Part shown: positions 1-9,771 of the stretch, in pieces
How the letters are laid out: the number at the start of each line of letters is the position of its first letter
Numbering within the stretch: the stretch's first letter is position 1
Assembly (NCBI GenBank): GCA_051362555.1
Contig: CM120640.1
Location: forward strand, 30,523,967-30,587,966
Direction: 5' to 3'
From: Lingula anatina
Taxonomy: Eukaryota > Animalia > Brachiopoda
Length of the DNA stretch: 64,000 nt
The notes under the pieces: generated by a model
Seen by the model: the letters and a program-made list of their open reading frames with translations, nothing else
What the model was told of the DNA's origin: nothing
Database searches by the model: none
Position numbers and translations under genes: made by a program

Positions 1-193
1 CAAATTTGGGAAAACTGAAAATTACATTGAAAAGACTGGCAAATCCCAGGCCTTAAAATAGTTAAACGTTAATAATTTTGTCAAATTTTGTCCTATGTTT
101 CTGAAATTTGTACAAATGATGCTTAACAACAATAGAAATCTGTGATAAGCTGATCAGTTGTCTGTATTGAATGAAAAGTGTTTTTTAGGACAA
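1..193 (+). repeat. Representative 193-bp satellite monomer
   Basis: 57/193 G+C by hand count; next unit starts in register at 194. Confidence 0.95.
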
Positions 194-1326
194 TATATTT
201 GGGAAAACCAAAAATTACATTGAAAAGACTGGGAATTCGCAGGACTTGAAATAGTTAAACGTTAATCATTTTGTCAAATCTAGTCCAATATTTATGAAAT
301 TTGTACAAATGATGCTTAACAACAATAAAAATCTGTGATAAGCTGATCAGTTGTCTGTGTCTAATGAAAAGTTTTTTTTTTGGGACAACATATTTGGGAA
401 AACTGAAAATTACATTGAAAAGACAAGCAAAACCCAGACCTTAAAATAGTTAAACATTAATAATTTTGTCAAATCTTGTGGAATATTTCTGAAATTTGTA
501 CAAATGATGCTTAACAGGAATAAAAATCTGTGATAAGCTGATCAGTTGTCAGTTTCTTATGAAAAGTTTTTTAGGACAATATATTTGCGAAAAACCAAAA
601 ATTACATTGAAAATACTGGCAAATCCCAGGCCTCAAAATAGTTAAATGTTAATAATTTTGTCAAATCTAGTCCAATATTTCTGAAATTTGTACAAATAAT
701 GCTTAACAACAATAAAAGTCTGTGATAAGCTGATCAGCTGTCTGTGTGTAATGAAAAGTGTTTTTTGGGACAACATATTTGGGAAAACTGAATATTACAT
801 TGAAAAGACTGGGAATTCGCAGGACTTGAAATAGTTAAACGTTAATAATTTTGTCAAATCTGGTCCAATATTTCTGAAATTTGAACAAATGATGCTTAAC
901 AACAATAAAAATCTGTGATATGCTAATCAGTTGTCTGTGTGTAATAAAAAGTGTTTTTTGGGACAACAAATTTGGGAAAACTGAAAATTACATTGAAAAG
1001 ACTGGTAAATCCCAGGCCTTAAAATAGTTAAATGTTAATAATTTTGTCAAATTTTGTCCTATATTTCTGAAATTTGTACAAATGATGCTTAACAACAATA
1101 AAAATCTGAGAAAAGCTGATCAGTTGTCTGTGTCTAATAAAAAGTGTTTTTTAGGACAATATATTTGTGAAAACCAAAAATTACATTGAAAAGACTGGCA
1201 AAACCCAGACCTCAAATAGTTAAACGTTAATAATTTTGTCAAATCTGGTGGAATATTTCTGAAATTTGTACAAATGATGCTTAACAATAATAAAAATCTG
1301 TGATAAGCTGATCAGTTATCTGAGTC

Positions 1327-1790
1327 TTTTCTTTTAAGTGTCAAGTGTATGGGAAATTGATCATCAGAAGAGTGAGAATTAACCAAAACAAATATTTCAA
1401 TATTGCAATGTATTATTTACTCTGAAAGTAAACAGCAAATGTGATGATTTGAGGTTGTTTGTGTAAGAGGTTGCAAATTACCTATAACTGTCATCTGGAA
1501 AACAATATATACCCATACAAGAGTTCTCCTTACTACCTCTGCAAGATGCAGATTAGTCCTTTCTGGAAGGGGTTGTTGTTATCACAATACTCAACAAGGC
1601 CCTAAATCTTGCCAAATATCATGTATTGTACACATGGAGAAGACACAGTGCTACTCTTTGTGGTATCTTTCACTAACTGCTTTTTAAGCTTTTTCATGGT
1701 GAGGGTACTCTGAAACAAGAACAATATAACTGAAAGGACTGAAAATTACATTTGAAAAGAAAGACAAATTTGGTGACTTAATTAAAATAA
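1327..1790 (+). repeat. Spacer block copy 1 (haplotype D)
   Basis: Begins TTTTCTTTTAAGTGTC after CAGTTATCTGAGTC, ends TTAATTAAAATAA; ACCCAT and CTTTGTGG alleles. Confidence 0.95.
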
Positions 1791-2154
1791 TTAAACGTTA
1801 ATAATTTTGTCAAATCTGGTCCTATATTTCTGAAATTTGTACAAATGATGCTTAACAACAATAGAAATCTGTGATAAGCTGATCAGTTGTCTGTATTGAA
1901 TGAAAAGTGTTTTTTAGGACAATATATTTGCGAAAACCAAAAATTACATTGAAAATACTGGGAATTCGCAGGACTTGAAATAGTTAAACGTTAATAATTT
2001 TGTCAAATCTGGTCCAATATTTCTGAAATTTGTACAAATGATGCTTAACAACAATAAAAATCTGTGATATGCTAAGCAGTTGTCTGTGTGTAATGAAAAG
2101 TGTTTTTTGGGACAACAAATTTGGGAAAACTGAAAATTACATTGAAAAGACTGG

Positions 2155-2162
2155 TACATGTA
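2155..2162. mobile_element. Putative Tc1/mariner-type excision footprint TA-CATG-TA
   Basis: GGTACATGTAAATCCC versus the normal monomer GGTAAATCCC: +6 bp = duplicated TA plus CA/TG. Confidence 0.6.
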
Positions 2163-2674
2163 AATCCCAGGCCTTAAAATAGTTAAACGTTAATAATTTT
2201 GTCAAATTTTGTCCTATATTTCTGAAATTTGTACAAATGATGCTTAACAAAAATAGAAATCTGTGATAAGCTGATCAAATGTCTGTATTGAATGAAAAGT
2301 GTTTTTTGGGACAACAAATTTGGGAAAACTGAAAATTATATTGAAAAGACTGGTAAATCCCAGGCCTTAAAATAGTTAAACGTTAATAATTTTGTCAAAT
2401 TTTGTCCTATATTTCTGAAATTTGTACAAATGATGCTTAACAAAAATAGAAATCTGAGAAAAGCTGATCAGTTGTTTGTATTGAATGAAAAGTGTTTTTT
2501 AGGACAATATATTTGTGAAAACCAAAAATTACATTGAAAAGACTGGCAAAACCCAGACCTCAAATAGTTAAACATTAATAATTTTGTCAAATCTGCTGGA
2601 ATATTTCTGAAATTTGTACAAATGATGCTTAACAATAATAAAAATCTGTGATAAGCTGATCAGTTATCTGAGTC

Positions 2675-3137
2675 TTTTCTTTTAAGTGTCAAGTGTATGG
2701 AAAATTGATCATCAGAAGAGTGAGAATTAACCAAAACAAATATTTCAATATTGCAATGTATTATTTACTCTGAAAGTAAACAGCAAATGTGATGATTTGA
2801 GGTTGTTTGTGTAAGAGGTTGCAAATTACCTATAACTGTCATCTGGAAAACAATATATACCATACAAGAGTTCTCCTTACTACCTCTGCAAGATGCAGAT
2901 TAGTCCTTTCTGGAAGGGGTTGTTGTTATCACAATACTCAACAAGGCCCTAAATCTTGCCAAATATCATGTATTGTACACATGGAGAAGACACAGTGCTA
3001 CTCTTGGTGGTATCTTTCACTAACTGCTTTTTAAGCTTTTTCATGGTGAGGGTACTCTGAAACAAGAACAATATAACTGAAAGGACTGAAAATTACATTT
3101 GAAAAGAAAGACAAATTCGGTGACTTAATTAAAATAA
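2675..3137 (+). repeat. Spacer block copy 2 (haplotype A)
   Basis: GGAAAATTG, ACCAT, CTTGGTGG, TTCGGTG alleles. Confidence 0.95.
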
Positions 3138-4011
3138 TTAAACGTTAATAATTTTGTCAAATCTGGTCTAATATTTCTGAAATTTGTACAAATTATGCTT
3201 AACAACAATAGAAATCTGTGATAAGCTGATCAGTTGTTTGTATAGAATGAAAAGTGTTTTAAATATATTTGCGAAAACCAAAAATTACATTGAAAAGACT
3301 GGGAATTCGCAGGACTTGAAATAGTTAAACATTAATAATTTTGTCAAATCAATTCCAATATTTATGAAATTTGTACAAATGATGCTTAACAACAATAAAA
3401 ATCTGTGATATGCTGATCAGTTGTCTGTGTGTAATAAAAAGTGTTTTTTGGGACAACAAATTTGGGAAAACTGAAAATTACATTGAAAAGACTGGTAAAT
3501 CCCAGGCCTTAAAATAGTTAAACGTTAATAATTTTGTCAAATTTTGTCCTATATTTCTAAAATTTGTACAAATGATGCTTAACAACAATAGAAATCTGTG
3601 ATAAGCTGATCAGTTGTCTGTATAGAATGAAAAGTGTTTTTTAGGACAATGTATTTGCGAAAAACCAAAAATTACATTGAAAAGACTGGGAATTCGCAGG
3701 ACTTGAAATAGTGAAACGTTAATAATTTTGTCAAATCTAGTCCAATATTTATGAAATTTGTACAAATGATGCTTAACAACAATAAAAATCTGTGATAAGC
3801 TGATCAGTTGTCTGTGTCTAATGAAAAGTGTTTTTTGGGACAACATATTTGGGAAAACTGAAAATTACATTGAAAAGACTGGCAAAACCCAGACCTCAAA
3901 ATAGTTAAACGTTAATAATTTTGTCAAATCTGGTGGAATATTTCTGAAATTTGTACAAATGATGCTTAACAATAATAAAAATCTGTGATAAGCTGATCAG
4001 TTATCTGAGTC

Positions 4012-4475
4012 TTTTCTTTTAAGTGTCAAGTGTATGGGAAATTGATCATCAGAAGAGTGAGAATTAACCAAAACAAATATTTCAATATTGCAATGTATTA
4101 TTTACTCTGAAAGTAAACAGCAAATGTGATGATTTGAGGTTGTTTGTGTAAGAGGTTGCAAATTACCTATAACTGTCATCTGGAAAACATTATATACCCA
4201 TACAAGAGTTCTCCTTACTACCTCTGCAAGATGCAGATTAGTTCTTTCTGGAAGGGGTTGTTGTTATCACAATACTCAACAAGGCCCTAAATCTTGCCAA
4301 ATATCATGTATTGTACACATGGAGAAGACACAGTGCTGCTCTTGGTGGTATCTTTCACTAACTGCTTTTTTAGCTTTTTCATGGTGAGGGTACTCTGAAA
4401 CAAGAACAATATAACTGAAAGGACTGAAAATTACATTTGAAAAGAATGACAAATTCGGTGGCTTAATTAAAATAA
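4012..4475 (+). repeat. Spacer block copy 3 (haplotype B)
   Basis: CATTATATACCC, GTTCTTTCT, GCTGCTC, GAATGAC alleles. Confidence 0.95.
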
Positions 4476-5354
4476 TTAAACGTTAATAATTTTGTCAAAT
4501 CTGGTCCAATATTTCTGAAATTTGAACAAATGATGCTTAACAACAATAAAAATCAGTGATAAGCTGATCAGTTGTCTGTGTGTAATGAAAAGTGTTTTTT
4601 GGGACAACAAATTTGGGAAAACTGAAAATTACATTGAAACGACTGGCAAATCCCAGGCCTTAAAATAGTTAAACATTAATAATTTTGTCAAATCTTGTGG
4701 AATATTCCTGAAATTTGTACAAATGATGCTTAACAATAATAAAAATCTGTGATAAGCTGATCAGTTGTCTGTTTCTAATGAAAAGTTTTTTTTTAGGACA
4801 ATATATTTGCGAAAACCAAAAATTACATTGAAAATACTGGGAATTCGCAGGACTTGAAATAGTTAAACGTTAATAATTTTGTCAAATTTTGTCTTATATT
4901 TCTGAAATTTGTACAAATGATGCTTAACAACAATAGAAATCTGTGATAAGCTGATCAAATGTCTGTATTGAATGAAAAGTGTTTTTTGGGACAACAAATT
5001 TGGGAAAACTGAAAATTACATTGAAAAGACTGGTAAATCCCAGGCCTTAAAATAGTTAAACGTTAATAATTTTGTCAAATTTTGTCCTATATTTCTGAAA
5101 TTTGTACAAATGATGCTTAACAAAAATAGAAATCTGAGAAAAGCTGATCAGTTGTTTGTATTGAATGAAAAGTGTTTTTTAGGACAATATATTTGTGAAA
5201 ACCAAAAATTACATTGAAAAGACTGGCAAAACCCAGACCTCAAATAGTTAAACATTAATAATTTTATCAAATCTGCTGGAATATTTCTGAAATTTGTACA
5301 AATGATGCTTAACAATAATAAAAATCTGTGATAAGCTGATCAGTTATCTGAGTC

Positions 5355-5817
5355 TTTTCTTTTAAGTGTCAAGTGTATGGAAAATTGATCATCAGAAGAG
5401 TGAGAATTAACCAAAACAAATATTTCAATATTGCAATGTATTATTTACTCTGAAAGTAAACAGCAAATGTGATGATTTGAGGTTGTTTGTGTAAGAGGTT
5501 GCAAATTACCTATAACTGTCATCTGGAAAACAATATATACCATACAAGAGTTCTCCTTACTACCTCTGCAAGATGCAGATTAGTCCTTTCTGGAAGGGGT
5601 TGTTGTTATCACAATACTCAACAAGGCCCTAAATCTTGCCAAATATCATGTATTGTACACATGGAGAAGACACAGTGCTACTCTTGGTGGTATCTTTCAC
5701 TAACTGCTTTTTAAGCTTTTTCATGGTGAGGGTACTCTGAAACAAGAACAATATAACTGAAAGGACTGAAAATTACATTTGAAAAGAAAGACAAATTCGG
5801 TGACTTAATTAAAATAA
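5355..5817 (+). repeat. Spacer block copy 4 (A)
   Basis: Same diagnostic alleles as copy 2. Confidence 0.95.
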
Positions 5818-6498
5818 TTAAACGTTAATAATTTTGTCAAATCTGGTCTAATATTTCTGAAATTTGTACAAATTATGCATAACAACAATAGAAATCTGTG
5901 ATAAGCTGATCAGTTGTTTGTATAGAATGAAAAGTGTTTTAAATATATTTGCGAAAACCAAAAATTACATTGAAAAGACTGGGAATTCGCAGGACTTGAA
6001 ATAGTTAAACATTAATAATTTTGTCAAATCAATTCCAATATTTATGAAATTTGTACAAATGATGCTTAACAACAATAAAAATCTGTGATATGCTGATCAG
6101 TTGTCTGTGTGTAATAAAAAGTGTTTTTTAGGACAATGTATTTGCGAAAAACCAAAAATTACATTGAAAAGACTGGGAATTCGCAGGACTTGAAATAGTG
6201 AAACGTTAATAATTTTGTCAAATCTAGTCCAATATTTATGAAATTTGTACAAATGATGCTTAACAACAATAAAAATCTGTGATAAGCTGATCAGTTGTCT
6301 GTGTCTAATGAAAAGTGTTTTTTGGGACAACATATTTGGGAAAACTGAAAATTACATTGAAAAGACTGGCAAAACCCAGACCTCAAAATAGTTAAACGTT
6401 AATAATTTTGTCAAATCTGGTGGAATATTTCTGAAATTTGTACAAATGATGCTTAACAATAATAAAAATCTGTGATAAGCTGATCAGTTATCTGAGTC

Positions 6499-6962
6499 TT
6501 TTCTTTTAAGTGTCAAGTGTATGGGAAATTGATCATCAGAAGAGTGAGAATTAACCAAAACAAATATTTCAATATTGCAATGTATTATTTACTCTGAAAG
6601 TAAACAGCAAATGTGATGATTTGAGGTTGTTTGTGTAAGAGGTTGCAAATTACCTATAACTGTCATCTGGAAAACATTATATACCCATACAAGAGTTCTC
6701 CTTACTACCTCTGCAAGATGCAGATTAGTTCTTTCTGGAATGGGTTGTTGTTATCACAATACTCAACAAGGCCCTAAATCTTGCCAAATATCATGTATTG
6801 TACACATGGAGAAGACACAGTGCTGCTCTTGGTGGTATCTTTCACTAACTGCTTTTTTAGCTTTTTCATGGTGAGGGTACTCTGAAACAAGAACAATATA
6901 ACTGAAAGGACTGAAAATTACATTTGAAAAGAATGACAAATTCGGTGGCTTAATTAAAATAA
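6499..6962 (+). repeat. Spacer block copy 5 (B)
   Basis: Same diagnostic alleles as copy 3. Confidence 0.95.
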
Positions 6963-9771
6963 TTAAACGTTAATAATTTTGTCAAATCTGGTCCAATATT
7001 TCTGAAATTTGAACAAATGATGCTTAACAACAATAAAAATCAGTGATAAGCTGATCAGTTGTCTGTGTGTAATGAAAAGTGTTTTTTGGGACAACAAATT
7101 TGGGAAAACTGAAAATTACATTGAAACGACTGGCAAATCCCAGGCCTTAAAATAGTTAAACGTTAATAATTTTGTCAAATTTTGTCCTATATTCCTGAAA
7201 TTTGTACACATGATGCTTAACAAAAATAGAAATCTGTGATAAGTTGACCAGTTGTCTGTATTGAATGAAAAGTGTTTTTTAGGACAATATATTTGCGAAA
7301 ACCAAAAATTACATTGAAAAGACTGGGAATTCGCAGGATTTGAAATAGTTAAACGTTAATAATTTTGTCAAATCTGGTTCAATATATCTGCAATTTGTAC
7401 AAATGATGCTTGACAACAATAAAAATTAGTGATAAGCTGATCAGTTGTCTGTGACTAATGAAAAATGTTTTTTTGGACAACATATTTGGGAAAACTGAAA
7501 ATTACATTGAAAAGACTGGGAAAACCCAGACCTTAAAATAGTTAAACATTAATAATTTTGTCAAATCTTGTGAAATATTTCTGAAATTTGTGCAAATGAT
7601 GCTTAACTATAATTAAAATCTGTGAGAAGCTGATCAGTTGTCTGTGTGTAATGAAAAGTGTTTTTTGGGACAATATATTTGCGAAAACCAAAAATTACAT
7701 TGAAAAGACTGGGAATTCGCAGGACTTGAAATAGTTAAACGTTAATAATTTTGTCAAATCTGGTTCAATATATCTGAAATTTGTACAAATGATGCTTAAC
7801 AACAATAAAAATCTGTGAGAAGCTGATCAGTTGTCTGTGTGTAATGAAAAGTGTTTTTTGGGACAATATATTTGCGAAAACCAAAAATTACATTGAAAAG
7901 ACTGGGAATTCGCAGGACTTGAAATAGTTAAACGTTAATAATTTTGTCAAATCTGGTTCAATATATCTGAAATTTGTACAAATGATGCTTAACAACAATA
8001 AAAATCAGTGATAAGCTGATCAGTTGTCTGTATTGAATGAAAAGAGTTTTTTTGGACAACATATTTGGGAAAACTGAAAATTACATTGAAAAGACTGGGA
8101 AAACCCAGAGCTTAAAATAGTTAAACATTAATAATTTTGTCAAATCTTGTGGAAAATTTCTGAAATTTGTACAAATAATGCTTAACAACAATAAAAATCT
8201 GTGATAAGCTGATCAGTTGTCTGTGTCTAATGAAAAGTGTTTTTTTGGACAACATATTTGGGAAAACTGAAAATTACATGAAAAAGACTGGGAATTTGCA
8301 GGACTTGAAATAGTTAAACGTTAATAATTTTGTCTAATCTAGTCCAATATTTCTGAAATTTGTACAAATGATGCTTAACTATAATTAAAATCTGTGATAA
8401 GCTGATCAGTTGTTTGTGTGTAATGAAAAGTGTTTTTTGGGACAACAAATTTGGGAAAACTGAAAATTACATTGAAAAGACTGGCAAATCCCAGGCCTTA
8501 AAATAGTTAAACGTTAATAATTTTGTCAAATTTTGTCCTATGTTTCTGAAATTTGTACAAATGATGCTTAACAACAATAGAAATCTGTGATAAGCTGATC
8601 AGATGTCTGTATTGAATGAAAAGTGTTTTTTAGGACAATATATTTGGGAAAACCAAAAATTACATTGAAAAGACTGGGAATTCGCAGGACTTGAAATAGT
8701 TAAACGTTAATCATTTTGTCAAATCTAGTCCAATATTTATGAAATTTGTACAAATGATGCTTAACAACAATAAAAATCTGTGATAAGCTGATCAGTTGTC
8801 TGTGTCTAATGAAAAGTTTTTTTTTTGGGACAACATATTTGGGAAAACTGAAAATTACATTGAAAAGACAAGCAAAACCCAGACCTTAAAATAGTTAAAC
8901 ATTAATAATTTTGTCAAATCTTGTGGAATATTTCTGAAATTTGTACAAATGATGCTTAACAGGAATAAAAATCTGTGATAAGCTGATCAGTTGTCAGTTT
9001 CTTATGAAAAGTTTTTTAGGACAATATATTTGCGAAAAACCAAAAATTACATTGAAAAGACTGGCAAATCCCAGGCCTCAAAATAGTTAAATGTTAATAA
9101 TTTTGTCAAATCTAGTCCAATATTTCTGAAATTTGTACAAATAATGCTTAACAACAATAAAAGTCTGTGATAAGCTGATCAGCTGTCTGTGTGTAATGAA
9201 AAGTGTTTTTTGGGACAACATATTTGGGAAAACTGAATATTACATTGAAAAGACTGGGAATTCGCAGGACTTGAAATAGTTAAACGTTAATAATTTTGTC
9301 AAATCTGGTCCAATATTTCTGAAATTTGAACAAATGATGCTTAACAACAATAAAAATCTGTGATATGCTAATCAGTTGTCTGTGTGTAATGAAAAGTGTT
9401 TTTTGGGACAACAAATTTGGGAAAACTGAAAATTACATTGAAAAGACTGGTAAATCCCAGGCCTTAAAATAGTTAAACGTTAATAATTTTGTCAAATTTT
9501 GTCCTATATTTCTGAAATTTGTACAAATGATGCTTAACAACAATAAAAATCTGAGAAAAGCTGATCAGTTGTCTGTGTCTAATAAAAAGTGTTTTTTAGG
9601 ACAATATATTTGTGAAAACCAAAAATTACATTGAAAAGACTGGCAAAACCCAGACCTCAAATAGTTAAACGTTAATAATTTTGTCAAATCTGGTGGAATA
9701 TTTCTGAAATTTGTACAAATGATGCTTAACAATAATAAAAATCTGTGATAAGCTGATCAGTTATCTGAGTC

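Noticed and set aside
1-193. CENP-B box or assignment to a named satellite family or species
   Set aside because: No TTCG....A..CGGG motif is present, and I do not recognise the monomer with enough confidence to name it
1315-1375. Hammerhead ribozyme (retrozyme-like satellite) from minus-strand CTGATGA at 1367-1361
   Set aside because: A TCAA/TTGA stem follows, but it is not closed by GAAA, and stems I/III with an NUH cleavage site cannot be formed
1440-1460. Spliced-leader RNA gene from TTTGAG|GT
   Set aside because: Only the last 6 nt resemble nematode SL1, and no Sm site or SL stem-loops follow
1441-1715. Box C/D snoRNA from GTGATGA at 1441-1447
   Set aside because: The nearest downstream CTGA is about 265 nt away, with no terminal stem and no recognisable rRNA guide
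1327-1790. Spacer as a SINE, MITE, solo LTR, 5S rRNA or tRNA
   Set aside because: No target-site duplication, terminal inverted repeats, TG...CA ends, Pol III A/B boxes or poly-A tail; identical junctions in all copies indicate co-amplification and not independent insertions
2807-3034. Repeated 75-aa Cys-rich plus-strand ORF (MCKRLQITY...) as a gene
   Set aside because: Starts at TTG, is intact in only 13 of 31 spacers (15 carry a +1 C frameshift, 2 a premature TAG, 1 a deletion), its variants are mostly non-synonymous, and it has no recognisable domain
1944-3846. 71-aa and 78-aa minus-strand ORFs in monomers, and their copies
   Set aside because: Chance open frames across a 193-bp repeat (not a multiple of 3); the ATG of the 71-aa ORF is created by the TACATGTA insertion
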